This document shows positions 14,146-29,123 of a stretch of DNA of 64,000 nt, piece after piece. The position numbers and the translations under genes were made by a program. The DNA comes from Eledone cirrhosa (taxonomy: Eukaryota): positions 43,586,001 to 43,650,000 of the forward strand of contig OZ024754.1 in NCBI GenBank assembly GCA_964016885.1, in the 5' to 3' direction. The notes under the pieces were generated by a model. The model was not told the DNA's origin and ran no database searches. It saw only the letters and a list, made by a program, of their open reading frames with translations. The number at the start of each line of letters is the position of its first letter. Position 1 is the first letter of the stretch.

Positions 14146-15432
14146 GTCAAACTATTGCTGTATATACTACTGTAAATGTGTAATGTTTTATGTGTGTGTA
14201 TAATTGTACGTATGTGTGTTATGTAAGGGTGAGTGGGGGTGTGTACGTGTGTATATGTGGGCATGTGTGCTTGTTCAAATGTGCGTATTTCTGCGTGTGT
14301 TTATGTATGTGTGTATATGTGCGTATGTATATGCTGGTATGTGTGCGTGTGTATATGTAGGTATTTGTGTGTCTGTGTGTGTGGGGGCGACGTATTTATT
14401 CGTGTGTGTATTTGTACTTGTGTTTATACGTATGTGTGTATATGTGCGTGTGTGTATATATGAGTATGTCTGCGTGTGCATATGTGCATGTGTATAAGTA
14501 GGTATGTGTGTGGGTGTGTGCGTGTGTGCGTGTGTGTGTGTGTGTGTGTGTGAGTATTTATGCGTATGTGTATTTGTGGTTATTTATGCGTATGTATATG
14601 GTGGTATGTGTGCTTGTGTATATGTACGTGTTTATATATGCGTGTGTATGTGTACGTGTGTATATGTGAGTATATATGCGTGTGCATATGTATGTGTGTA
14701 TATGTACAAGTATATATGTACGTGTATATATATATGTATGTGAGTATATGTATGTGAGTATATGTGCGTGTGTATATATACGTGTGTATATATATATATG
14801 TATGTGAGTATCTATAAGTGTGTATATATACGTGTGTATATATATATACGTGTGTATATATATATACGTGTATATATGTACGTGTGTATATATATATATA
14901 TATACGTGTATATATGTACGTGTGTATATATATATATATATATATATATGTGCGTGTGCGGTGATTATGTGCTTGCGTTTTTGTGTAAATGAAATGTGTA
15001 AACGTGTTTCCGTGTGGCGAAGTCCGTATTTGTGGATCTGTGTTGGTTGTAAGATGAAAGGAAAATAGAGGAATTAAGAACTGTAAATCACATAGAGAGA
15101 TGTTTCTAGTCTTATTTGTAAAGTCATCTCTGTATATAGCGAACTAGCTTGAAACCTCGGCTGAGTCTTGAAAATTGCTCCCTATTCAGCGGCCGACTAA
15201 AAGCCGTGATATGCTTACATAATAAGTTTAGAGTTTTTAAAGTTCAACAACTATCAAAAATGTCAGCTCAAGATGCTTTTATCTCCCTTCTTTTCATCTC
15301 CTCCTTAACGCCTTGTATTTTTTTCTAAGTAGATTGAAGGCGTGGACAAGCTTACATCACCAAGGTTTCGTGTCAGCTGCCGCCACATAAATCTATCAGG
15401 TGGTTCACCAAACGACATCTCTGACTTTTAAA

Positions 15433-15466
<34 letters not shown>

Positions 15467-15500
15467 GTGTGTATGTATGTATATATATGTATATAACATA

Positions 15501-15544
<44 letters not shown>

Positions 15545-15592
15545 TATATATTTATTATATCTCGGGAATTTTACCCGCCCTAGATATATATA

Positions 15593-15701
<109 letters not shown>

Positions 15702-15959
15702 ATAGATAAACATATATATCGGTGGAATGTACTGCAGTAGGCAACACTTAAACCAGTGGAGACCCTTTAACGTGAGTGAGCAAACATACCTGTGAAACAT
15801 AACTCACAACATATATATATCTATGACACGACATTGGTTGTGGTAGGGAGCTGAAGGGCTGCTGTTATTCCCTTGTTTCAATCATGACTGGTTTTAGACT
15901 GGGTCACCGTCTTGAAGGAATTTAGTTGCCCCTAGTGATACCTGGGAGTTTTCTTTTAA

Positions 15960-16135
15960 GTGCATAGTGTTCTTGAGCAAAACACTTCATTTCACTTTGC
16001 CCCAATCAACTCAACTGAGAATGCGATGGACTGGCGACCTGTCCCAGGGGAGTTTTGTATTCTCGGTCGTTTAACACCAATGAAACCGGAATTACCAGAA
16101 GTCTGACGAACCTTCAGTCTTGGGGTAGACTTTAA
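15960..16135 (+). mobile_element. SINE family 2, 3' part
   Basis: gtgttcttgagcaaaacacttcatttcac...gcgatggactggcg. Confidence 0.65.
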
Positions 16136-16151
16136 CATTTGTGTGTGTGTT

Positions 16152-16219
<68 letters not shown>

Positions 16220-16220
<1 letters not shown>

Positions 16221-16419
16221 CAAAAAAGGTGTGGTAAGAAACCAGATGGACCTTAACGCACCAGAGTACTCGATACTTAGGGTAGTAGAGTCGGTAATAG
16301 GAAAAGAGTCAGGACCCCGACGGCTGAGCTACGGCCGTTTCGACAGCTAGATCCCAACTGTTCGGTTCTAGCTGTCGAAACGGCCGGAGCTCAGCCGTCG
16401 GATCCTGACTCTTTTCCTA
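16220..16419 (-). mobile_element. Family B (subfamily 2) fold-back element
   Basis: Homologous, with variant apex gacagctagatcc. Confidence 0.8.
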
Positions 16420-16611
16420 TATATATATATATGTGTGTGTGTGTGTATGTGTGTGTGTGTGTGCGTTTGTGTGTGTGTGTGTTAGTGTGTGTGTGTGTAT
16501 ATGTGTGTGTGTGTTTGTGTGTGTGTGTATGTAACAGGTAAACAGAAATAACACAATCGGTACAGTATATGGAAGGTATATATTAGGTTAACGCTTGATA
16601 TAACAGGAAGA

Positions 16612-16650
16612 GAGTCGTAACGTTTCGGACGCTAGTCCTTCACCAGAAGA
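16612..16650 (-). ncRNA. Degenerate Penelope-type hammerhead motif
   Basis: CTGGTGA-a-ggac tagc gtcc-GAAA-CGTTA; one core mutation and no clear stem I; downstream flank recurs at 43290-43332. Confidence 0.5.
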
Positions 16651-17499
16651 AACAATGAGAAATAAGATAGCTATAGAACGGACTTTTATACGATATCCCA
16701 ATCGTAGACTAGGCTGTAGAAGACACTTGTTCAAGGTACCACTAAGACTGGAACTGAACCAGAGACCACGCAGTTGTAAAGCGACCTCATTAACCACACA
16801 GCCTGGACGGCACCTCATCTTTGAACATAACGCCGGTTGTTATGAAAGTAAATGGTTGCTTCCTCCAAACCTTTAATATCCAGGTGATATCGCTCTAAAC
16901 GGTTTTCATCTCCCAGAGATATAATCGTGAATATGTTACAGAGGGGCTGGAAAGACATTATCGTAGAAATCTGGAAATGCAAGGCAAGAATTTGTCAGCA
17001 ACCTAGAGCTGAATTATACACAGCCTCTCAGACAAGATGGCGTTAACATTTAACATGAGTTCTGTACAGTTGTCACTGAAAAACTTATGGTGAGATAAGA
17101 CATTTGATAATACAAGGGGTGACATGTGAAGATCAACTTACTAGTCGTATGTGGTTAGATAGTTTCTGGCACGGTTTCTAATCCATACATAGTTACGTTT
17201 CACTCATTTCTTTTACGATACGTTACTTATTTCTTTTAGAAAGAGATAATCATCACAAAACCCTGTGTGATATTCTGATCCGATTATTAGATAACTGAGA
17301 GGAGATTGCTCTAGATAGAGCTGGGTGGAGAAAGCGCATAAAGAGTAGTTGCGGAACTTTTGAATAATGTAGACTAGAAGATGAGAAACAAAACGAGGAT
17401 GTAGTTTATAGAACACCCAAATGATTTAGAAGTCGACCTTAATTAGGAGCAATAACATTAAGAAACACATGAACGACACCACATCATTTTGTATTGAAA

Positions 17500-17815
17500 A
17501 TTTTGAAAATAGGTTTATAAGTATGAATTTTCATAAGAGTTTCATAGTTGTCTCTGTAGCCTAACGGTAGGTACTAGAGACGGTGGAGATCCTGGTCTTG
17601 GGTTCAATCCTGGTCAAGAGATACATGCAGACTTTTTCAGTTTTTATTTTACAACCAATAGGAAAAAACTGAAAAAGGTTTACCGAGAACCCTACTCCCG
17701 GCCAGGATCGAACTTCAGACCAGGATCACCACCGTCTATGATTCCTCCAACTAAGCCACCGAGACAGCTACAAAAGTATAATGAAAATTGATAATTATAA
17801 ACCTACTTTCAAAAT
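17500..17815. mobile_element. Imperfect fold-back with a tRNA-like unit in each arm
   Basis: ~150-bp inverted arms; A/B-box-like motifs and T-runs on both strands. Confidence 0.6.
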
Positions 17816-18908
17816 CAAAGTTAAAAAGATGTGGTGACGTTCATGGCTTTCCTATCCAACAACCATAATAGTTCTGATGCAGCCATTAAATCGTAAACGG
17901 AGGGGGGGGTTAAAAACTTCATGTCTTTCCTAAGAGTTTTACCGACGTAATTAAATGTATTCCAACATAAAAATAAAAGCGGAACCTGGTGATAGGAAGA
18001 TGGTAAATTATTCCGCGGCCTTATCACTACTCCACTGTATATTGTCTCAATAATTACTACGACAAAAGAAAAAGGACAAAACAAAAGGATGTAAGAAAAC
18101 TCATCAAATATTTCTTGTAGAGAAATGATGACTGGGGAGCAAGATTGTCAAGCTGCTTTTGTGGATCTCTGACTCGCCAATGTGTGTCTCGTTAGATTAA
18201 GGTTAAGGTTAGGTTTAAGGGTTAGGTTTAGGGTTCAGGTCCTTCATGGTCGTCTCAGATACACCCCTTGAAATATGATAGACATAACGGAATGAGTCAT
18301 AGATATAAAAGTGAAACATTGCACTGTATAATGAGATTAAAGGATTTTGTGAAGTTTAGAGAGAGAGAGAGGGAGAGGGGTGAGAGAGGGAGAGGTGTGA
18401 GAGAGAGGGGGAGAGAGAGGGTGAGAGAGGGGGAGAGGATGAGAGAGGGGGAGAAGAAACGTAGAATATATAAAACATTAAAAATATGGATTCAGTGGGA
18501 AGAGAGGGTGAGAGTGTGAGGGAGAGAGAAAGAGAGAGGGAGAGTGAGAGGGGGAGAGATAAAGAAAGAGAGAGAGAGAGACAAATAAAAGCTGAGAGAG
18601 ATTCAACATGAGAGACACTAAGAGAGAAGGAGAAAGAGAAGAAAAATAAGGAGATAGAGGGTGAGAGAGAAAGAGAGGGAGAGACCGAGAGATAGAGAGA
18701 GGGAGAGACAGAGAGATAGAGAGGGGGAGAGAGCGAGAGAGAGAGAAAACAGCTGTCAAGTTAAAGACAGCTGTGGGGAACGTCTTTCTGTTTGTGAGAG
18801 AGATAAGGGGAGGGGTGACAGGAGAGAGAGAGAGAGAGAGAGAGTGTGTGATAGAGAGAGAGGGGGTGGGAGGAAGAGGAAAAAGAAGAAAACAACCACA
18901 ACAAAAAT

Positions 18909-18939
<31 letters not shown>

Positions 18940-18995
18940 GCTACTATTACTACTACTACGACTACTACCGCTGCTGCTACTACTACTGCTACTAT

Positions 18996-19029
<34 letters not shown>

Positions 19030-19359
19030 ACTACTACTAGACAGAAGAGAGATGATGGAGGTGGGGAAGGTGTAGGGGAGAAGAAAAGAAAGAACAACGC
19101 CACCGCCGCCACCACCACCACCACCACCACCACCAACACCACCACCACCACCACCACCACCACCGCCACTACCACCACCACCGCCACCAGCAACAATAAT
19201 AGCTATAACAACAATAGTGACAAGATAAACGTATGTAATATGGTCTGTCACATCTGTTCTGCTGTAAAGATGCTAATGAGAAGATGTTTGATGAGGTGAT
19301 TGGATGAGGTTAGATCTTGGAGCTAGACACAAACAGCGACACACAGCGGAGCAGATTGT

Positions 19360-19772
19360 GACAGTGAGACACAGTGGGGCACAGTGGGACATAGTGAGGC
19401 ATAGTGGGACATTGTGAAACATAGTGGGACATTGTGGGACACAGTGAGACATAGTGAGGCATAGTGGGACATAGTGGGATATAGTGGGATATAGTGAGAC
19501 ATAGTGGGACACAGTGAGACATAGTGGGACATAGTGGGATATAGTGAGGCATAGTGAGACATAGTGGGACATTGTGAGACATAGTGAGGCATAGTGAAAC
19601 ATAGTGGGACATTGTGGGACACAGTGAGACATAGTGAGGCATAGTGAGACATAGTGGGACATTGTAAGACATAGTGGGATATTGTGAGACATAGTGGGAC
19701 ATAGTGGGACATAGTGAGACATAGTGAGACATAGTGAGACATAGAGAGACATAGTGAGACATAATGGGACAT
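19360..19772. repeat. 10-bp minisatellite, ~41 copies
   Basis: acatagtg(a/g)g units. Confidence 0.95.
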
Positions 19773-19776
19773 CGTT

Positions 19777-19808
<32 letters not shown>

Positions 19809-20309
19809 CTAGTAACAATATCGTGATCGTCATAAACATTGTTAGATATGTTCCCTAATCCATTAATATGTGGTCAATTTGTGGTTAAATTGTTCCAGCT
19901 CACTCCTACCCCTTATATTACCTCCTCCCATCCCCACTACCTAATCTGTCCCTTACTTATCCCTCCCACCCTTACTACGACACCCAATATCACCATCTCG
20001 GGTCTCCACCCCACCCCTACTCTCTATCACCATCTTGGGTCTCCACCCTCACTACCTCACTCTATACCACCCTCTGTCTTCTCCCTCTCACCCCTACTCT
20101 CTACCACCATCTTGTGCCAACCCCACCCACCCTACATCACCCTATGCCACCCTCTGTCTTCTCCCTCCCACCCCTACTCTCTACCACCCTCTTGTGTCAC
20201 CACCCCATCCACCCCACCCACCCTCCACCAATCAACACTAATTCTTTAAATGATCAATCATGAAAAATGTGATTTATTAAATGTCACTTTTTGCATCGGG
20301 ATCCTCATC

Positions 20310-20342
<33 letters not shown>

Positions 20343-20493
20343 GTCACTCTTGCTATTGTCATTGCTGTTGTTGTTGTTGTTGTTGTCGTTATTGTCATTG
20401 CTATTGCTTTTGTTGTTATTACCATCGCTGTCGTCGCTGCTATCAGCACCACCGTCATCAACATCCCTACCACCACCGTCATATATATATATG

Positions 20494-20577
<84 letters not shown>

Positions 20578-20638
20578 CTTCTATATATATATACTTCTAT
20601 ATATATATATATATATATATAGAAGTATATATATCACT

Positions 20639-21060
20639 AGAGTGAGAAATGAAATTTCGTTTCATTCTATTCCATTTATCGTTTTCGGTGTGCCCAGCCG
20701 ACTGAACTCACTCGATATGCAAATTAGGCTGCTCAGCCGTTAATATGCATAAGGAAAGTATATACTTTCAGACGTTCAACCATCTGGCAGGAAGGTATAC
20801 GATGCTGACGATAGCTAATAAGCTTGAAACTAGTACATCGTTCCTGTGTCAGTGTTGAACAAAAAGGTGACGTGGTTGCCTAAACACTGTACGGCGTAAT
20901 TCGGGCTGTTTGTTTGTTTACAAACAAACAAACCGAGCATTATAATAAATGTTCGGTAAACCGATACGTGCATATATATGTGTGCATGTATGTATATATA
21001 TACATACTACTGTACGTCTGTGTACGTATATGTATGTACGTATACATACATACAGACTTA

Positions 21061-21066
<6 letters not shown>
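20639..21066 (+). mobile_element. Family C hammerhead-bearing monomer (retrozyme / non-autonomous Penelope-like)
   Basis: Bounded by (TA)n; contains the hammerhead at 20774-20860; both ends homologous to adjacent segments of 9021-9140. Confidence 0.7.
20774..20860 (+). ncRNA. Type I hammerhead ribozyme, intact core with extended stem I
   Basis: acgatg-CTGACGA-t agct aata agct t-GAAA-CTAG-TA-catcgt; palindromic ACTAGT stem III; stem I continues cagga/tcctg and gttcaac/gttgaac. Confidence 0.85.
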
Positions 21067-21130
<64 letters not shown>

Positions 21131-21232
21131 AATGTATATATATATATATATATATATAGCCTATAGATATAGCGTCTTTCACACACAGATATAGTTATAT
21201 ATCTGTGTGTGTGGGTGTGTTGTATTGAGTGT

Positions 21233-21302
<70 letters not shown>

Positions 21303-21711
21303 TTATTTAAATGCAGTGCACAAGAAGTGTAGGAGGAGGTTGGGGAAGAGAAAGAAAAAGAAAGAAAGAAGAATGAAGAGAGAGGGGGTGGAGAAGAGGA
21401 GGGGGTGATGGAGACTTAAATGCATCATACTAATATGCAGCAACAATTCGTTAAGATTGTACCAAGACTTGCTCTCGTGGGAAAAAAATAGCTCGGTGTT
21501 ATTTTAAGGATGTGAAACGGAGTCTGATGGAATTCTGCGAAACGACGCGAAATACAGAGAAGTTTGGAAATGATAAAGAAAATAAAACAAAAGAGTTGTT
21601 GGTATTTGTGTATTTGGACAATGAAATGTTCAGCAGAAATATGTAGATGTCTGCACTAAAAATATGTTATCGACCTCCAGTTCTCGCTCTTTCTTTTTCT
21701 CTCTCTCTCTT

Positions 21712-21765
<54 letters not shown>

Positions 21766-21771
21766 CGTATG

Positions 21772-21986
<215 letters not shown>

Positions 21987-22023
21987 ATATATATATATAT
22001 GTATGTATATATATATATATATG

Positions 22024-22094
<71 letters not shown>

Positions 22095-22143
22095 ATATAT
22101 ATATATATTTATATATGTATGTATATATATATATATATATATG

Positions 22144-22589
<446 letters not shown>

Positions 22590-22662
22590 TCATGTATGTA
22601 TGTATGTATGTATGTATGTATGTATGTATGTATGTATGTATGTATGTATATATGTATGTATG

Positions 22663-22695
<33 letters not shown>

Positions 22696-22860
22696 ATATA
22701 TATGTATGTATGTATGTATATATATATGTATGTATGTATGTATATATATATGTATGTATGTATATATATATGTATGTATGTATGTATGTATATATATATG
22801 TATGTATGTATGTATATATATATGTATATATGTATGTATATATATATATATCTATATATG

Positions 22861-22891
<31 letters not shown>

Positions 22892-23011
22892 GTATATATG
22901 TATGTATATATATATATGTATAATATATATATATGTATGTATGGATATATGTGTATATATATATATGCCATGCTCAAGCAAGCCCGCAGTCGACTGACTG
23001 AAACCACAATG

Positions 23012-23077
<66 letters not shown>

Positions 23078-23164
23078 GTACAGATTAAAGTTTAAGCAAA
23101 AAATTGGTGATTACACCCTATTAATGGATCTTCAGAAGATCACGTAATATAAATAAATATATGC

Positions 23165-23211
<47 letters not shown>

Positions 23212-23443
23212 CATATATGCATATACATATATGCATATATATATACATATATATGCATATATATGCATATATATGCATATATATGCATATATATATATAC
23301 ATATATATATACATACATATATATATATATATGCATATATATGTATATACATATATATATATATATGCATATATATATGCATACATATATGCATATATAT
23401 ATGTAAATATATATATATAACAATATATATATATATATATATA

Positions 23444-23500
<57 letters not shown>

Positions 23501-23607
23501 GAAGTATTTCTTCTACCAAATTCCACGACTCCTGAGACTATAATCGAAGAAACTTGTTCACATGAACACAAAAGCAAATAGTTGCGAAGAGAAATCCTTA
23601 ACCACAC

Positions 23608-23834
23608 CTCCTCCATGTCACCATCGAGACATATAATGTCTTGTTGTTGCTGTTGGTTTTCGGGAACCAATTCGCTACTTCGGTATCAGCACTCACAGAT
23701 TCTTGTACTTTTACACGATGCCAACCAGTTCGGGTTGTTTTTATCTCAATAAAAGCAGCCATTGTTTTCAGTGAAGCTTCCGTCACAGTCGTCTTCTTTC
23801 TTATCTTTAAGCGGCTTAAAAATAGATAAGACTT
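23608..23834 (-). CDS. Coding exon 3 ([10 protein letters not shown]...LYVSMVTWR)
   Basis: Acceptor ttatttgtacag, donor AG|GTGTGG; 227 nt open frame, phase 0-2; unique sequence. Confidence 0.75.
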
Positions 23835-23924
23835 CTGTACAAATAATACCTTTCGTAATAGACAGTTTTTATCATAACTTTTGATCAGTTATCCATGTTG
23901 ATTAAAATATTTCCATGCTAGAAA

Positions 23925-24240
23925 TAATTGTTTCTACTTTAGGCACAAGGCCAGCAATTATCCCAGTGTATTACTGGTACTTTATTTTATCGACCCCGTA
24001 ACGATGGAAAGACAAAGTTAACCACGGCGAGATTTGAACTCAAACCGTAAAGGGCCGTAACACTACCGATACTGCCAATCCACGCCAGAAATAATTGTTT
24101 CTACTTTTGGCACAAGGCCAGCAATTATCCCAATGTATTACTGGTACTTTATTTTATCGACCCCGTAAGGATGAAAGGCAAAGTTAACCACTGCGGGATT
24201 TGAACTCAGACCATAAAGAGCCGTAACTCAGTGCTGGAAA
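23925..24240 (-). mobile_element. Two tandem SINE family 1 copies
   Basis: Direct repeat of ~165-bp unit. Confidence 0.8.
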
Positions 24241-24473
24241 GCTTGAATAATGCCGATTATTCTTAGACTGTGAACTCATCGAATTAGCAGAGTTGTTAGA
24301 ACGTCTCAATCCTCTGCCATATTTGTTCTTGTTCTCTAAGTTCTGAGTTCAAATCCCACCAAGGATATTTTCCTCTCTTTAGCCTTCCAGGTCGTATACT
24401 CTCTCTACCTAAGAAGAAGAAAAAGACAACATTAACCACTACTCTACAACAACTACAACAAAACTTACTGTTG

Positions 24474-24522
<49 letters not shown>

Positions 24523-25277
24523 ATTAGGATTTAAAGGACCATCGCTTGGCTTAGACTGGAGACAAATCTTATTCTTGAAACTTTATTAAAAAGCTGGGCT
24601 CATTTTTATTATTGCGAGTACACCTTGTCTCGCTTTGGAAATGAAATTTATGTCTTCCGATGGTGGTGGTGGTGGTGGTGGTAGTGGGAGTGGTGGTGGT
24701 GGCGGTGGTGGTGTGGTGGTGGTGGTGGTAGTAGGTGCTTTGTTGTGGTGGTCATGGTGGTGGTAGTGGTAGTAAGTGTTTTGTTATTGTGGTGGTGGTG
24801 GTGGTGGTGGTTGTGGTAGTAGGTGTTTAGGTGTTTTGATCGTGGTGGTGGGGGTGATGGGGAAGTTTCTTGGTTTAAAAGAAGCCGTGATTACAATACT
24901 TCGACAGGTAAGGGCAAACTAGTTTTGTTTCACCTGTGGCTCGTAAAAGACGTAAAGATTATTGTATTGGGGCGTGAAACCATCTTGGCTTTTCTAGACA
25001 ACAACAACAACAACAAACAGTAGCATCACTACCAACAACAACAACAACAACAAATAGTAGCATCACTACCAATAACGACAACAACAACAACAAACAGTAG
25101 CATCACTACCAACAACGACAACAATAATATCAACAACAACAACAATAACAACAACGACAGCAATAACATCAACAACAATATCAACAACAACAACAACAGT
25201 AACAATAACTACAACAATAACAACCACTCTGGAAGATCGTTAAAAAAATAACAAATTAAATGTTTTTACTTACATAC

Positions 25278-25358
25278 CATAAAACTAAAATTATCAATGG
25301 AATCCTTCTCAGCAGGAATCGAGCTATTTAAGGACTTGAGGACTGCCACAGTAGACGT
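25278..25358 (-). CDS. Coding exon 2 (TSTVAVLKSLNSSIPAEKDSIDNFSFM)
   Basis: Acceptor ctctcccaccccag, donor GTATGT; 81 nt, phase 0-0; only one open frame. Confidence 0.75.
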
Positions 25359-25595
25359 CTGGGGTGGGAGAGATCAGGGATGGTGGGTAAAGATTAGTGT
25401 ATACCTTATATTTCGGGTAACTGGACAATAATGACATGAAGGGAAGAGGGAGTCCCTGAGAGAGTTGTTGTTTTTTTTAAACTCGTCACACTTTTAAAAA
25501 ATACCTATTTGTCGTCACACATTAACCATTAGGATACCAAGCCACTTGTAACTGGCTCTGGTTGTATGGTACAGAACTGTACGCTTATTGTACAG

Positions 25596-25703
<108 letters not shown>

Positions 25704-25708
25704 ATATA

Positions 25709-25810
25709 TAGAAAAAGAGTCAGGACCCCGACGGCTGGGCTCCGGCCGTTTCGACAGCTAGATCCGAACTCAGTTCGGCTCTAACCGTCGGGTTCGTGAT
25801 TCTTTTCCTA
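25709..25810. mobile_element. Family B (subfamily 2) short hairpin copy
   Basis: Two short inverted arms within (TA)n. Confidence 0.7.
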
Positions 25811-25858
25811 TATATACATACATCTATATATAGATATACAAACATATATATGTATATA

Positions 25859-25981
<123 letters not shown>

Positions 25982-26029
25982 GATATATTAACAAATGGAA
26001 ACTATATTTATAAAACCATATTTATTTCA

Positions 26030-26083
26030 TTATACATATTTCATGGACACCAAGTTAAATTATGGTGTGCTTTCATCAGATAA
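26030..26083 (-). ncRNA. Hammerhead-like motif (weak stem I)
   Basis: CTGATGA-aagc acacca...tggtgt ccat-GAAA-TATG-TA in an insert between (TA)n tracts. Confidence 0.55.
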
Positions 26084-26411
26084 AATATAATATAGACCAG
26101 TTTTATAAATAAATATGGACATACCCTTAAAGAATGCAACCATTACTGCTGGAAGCTTCCGGATATATCGTATTTTTACTCCAATAATTTGTTGAGTGCT
26201 TTATATCAGTTATAAAAATATTTGCTTGTTGTATCCCAACAATTTAAATAGAACTTCTACATATATATATATATATATATATGTTTATTATACATAAAGA
26301 GATCTTGGTCCGTGTGAGTGGGTCTACTCTGATCATGCCCCTAGAGGGGGGTGAATTTGGAGACGCGCATCTCACCCCAATAAATGTAATGATCTCGCAG
26401 CTCGTCCTTTT

Positions 26412-26475
<64 letters not shown>

Positions 26476-26810
26476 ATCTATGTGTGTGTGTGTGATATGT
26501 GTATGTATATATATAAACATACATATATATATACACATACATATACATATATATATACCTACATTTACATATATATATATATACATATAGATATATAGAT
26601 ATATACACACACATATACATATATATATATACACGTATATATATATATACACGTATATAGATATACACACCCACACCCACATATATATATATAGCAGATG
26701 TACCGTTATCTACCTGACAATACCCCGCCATCCTCTTAAACACAAAATAAAGGATTATAAGCTTATATTATTAACTCACAATGACACTGAAATAACACAA
26801 GTGGAATTAG

Positions 26811-26845
<35 letters not shown>

Positions 26846-26952
26846 GAAAGGTATAGAAAACACTGCAGCGAAAAGCCAACAGCACTCCATAATATATAAT
26901 ATATATAATATATATAATATATATATATATATGCAAAAGTTCTATTTAAATT

Positions 26953-26990
<38 letters not shown>

Positions 26991-28237
26991 GTATGCATAT
27001 ATATATATATATGTATGCATATATATATATATGTATGCATATGTATATATATATATTTATATATATATATGTATATATATATAATATGTGTATATATATG
27101 TGTTTGTATAAATATATATAATATATATATATATACATACGTATATATATATATATTATATTATATATATTTATACAAACACATATATATACACATATTA
27201 TATATATATACATATATATGTATCATATATATACATATATACATACACACACATATACATATATATACATATATATATATATATTTATATATATATACAT
27301 ATACATATATATACATATATATACATATATATATGTATATATTTGTGTGTATGTCTGTATGTATGTTTGTATGTATGTATATATATATATATATATGTGT
27401 GTGTATGTATATATGTATATATATGATACATATATATGTATATATATATAATATGTGTATATATATATGTGTTTGTATAAATATATTATAATATAATATA
27501 TATATATATATACACATATATATATACACATACACACATGGAAGTAGAACAGCAAATGTAAAATGTCTTTTCAGTGAGAGATGAGAAGCAATGATGTAAA
27601 TATAGGGAGATTAACCAGTAATACGATACGTCCCAGTCCCCTTCATTACTTCTTACCTTCTTTCTTTCTTTCTTCCCTTTATATATTTTATTTTTGTCTT
27701 TTTGTGTTTTTTAATCTGTTTTTGTTGTTTTTTGTTTGTTGTTTGTGTTTGTTTCTTTGTTAAGATACATTTCCCCATTGTGGGGGTCTTTTACGACAGT
27801 TTATCGTCTTATATGTGATACTATAGCATGATATAGGGCTAGAGATGGGTCGGGATGAGGGGGGGAGTGACATCTATCTCTTGTATATATATCTTCCTGC
27901 CTTTCTAAACTATACATCCCCCTCTGTCTCAACCACCACCACCACCACCTCCTTCATTGCCACTACCATCACCTCCACCACCAATACCTCTCCACCACCA
28001 CCACCACCACAAACACCACTTACTCCACCATCATCACCACCTCCACCACCATCACCTCTCCACCACTACCACCACCACCGCCACCGCCACCACTGGATAG
28101 AACTGGTCATTCCGTATGGTCAACCTCGATGCAATATTAGGGAGAGCACTCGATTAGGGCGGCTGACCGGGTTAGAAGCTGCTAAACGTTCGGCCACCCT
28201 CCTGTCTCTGCTTTTCAGCCCCTTTGTTAAATTTCGA

Positions 28238-28295
28238 ATACCTGATGATGTCACCGGATTCATACTGAACCCGGTCATTGAAATGATCATAGTAT
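28238..28295 (+). ncRNA. Type I hammerhead ribozyme
   Basis: atac-CTGATGA-[accggattc/gaacccggt hairpin]-GAAA-TGATCA-TA-gtat; palindromic ATGATCAT. Confidence 0.75.
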
Positions 28296-28335
28296 AATAA
28301 ACCTTTTAAGGAATTACACCAGTCCAGCCTCCTGT

Positions 28336-28368
<33 letters not shown>

Positions 28369-28610
28369 ACATAGCAATAGACAATATAAGATGAAAAAGA
28401 TTTATAAAATGAAAAGTTCATACCAAAGCAACCTTTAAAAAAAAAAAACTAAATACCCCCCCGCCCTCCCAATAAACAACAACAACAACAACAACATTCT
28501 TTATATTTTATCAAACAAGTTAAAAACTAACAAAAAAGTCAATAAGGTACCAAAGACACTTAAAGTTATTTAATTTCACGTAGTTTGTCATTTTAAATTA
28601 AATATCTTAC

Positions 28611-28625
28611 CAAGATGGATTCCAT
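28611..28625 (-). CDS. Putative first coding exon (MESIL) of unidentified 5-exon gene
   Basis: GCA-ATG-G start context, upstream in-frame TGA, followed by phase-0 donor GTAAGA; joins in frame to exon 25278-25358. Confidence 0.55.
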
Positions 28626-28788
28626 TGCAAGCGGCAGATAAATCTTCTGGAAATTCTTCTTAAACTTCTTTTCCTTCAATAAATTTTCTTTTCACCCGCC
28701 TCCTCCGCCTCTTCTTCTTCTTCTTCTTCTTCTTCTTCTTCTTCTTCTTCTTCTTCTTCTTCTTCTTCTTCTTCTTCTTCTTCTTCTT

Positions 28789-28928
<140 letters not shown>

Positions 28929-29123
28929 CAGGCAGACATACAGATAATATAATACACCATTTCAATACAAGAACAACAAAAAAGAGAAACCATCCAGCAG
29001 ACGATATTCGAAACATACATCTATCACTCGTTGGGCGGCCATGTTACCCATTACAAGTCATCGTTGTTTATTTTATTTGTTACATTCTCTAATCTGCGCT
29101 GAATGTATGTACACCGTTTCTAA

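Noticed and set aside
13463-14264. Repeat proteins of 191/265 aa
   Set aside because: Translation of an intronic 33-bp minisatellite; no splice support
15355-15402. Minus-strand CTGATAGA...GAAACCTTGGTG hammerhead-like motif
   Set aside because: Core spacing and cleavage triplet are non-canonical
17550-17625. Functional tRNA gene
   Set aside because: A/B-box-like motifs only; no convincing cloverleaf; embedded in a fold-back repeat
18192-18240. Interstitial telomeric repeat
   Set aside because: Only a few degenerate TTAGG(G) units
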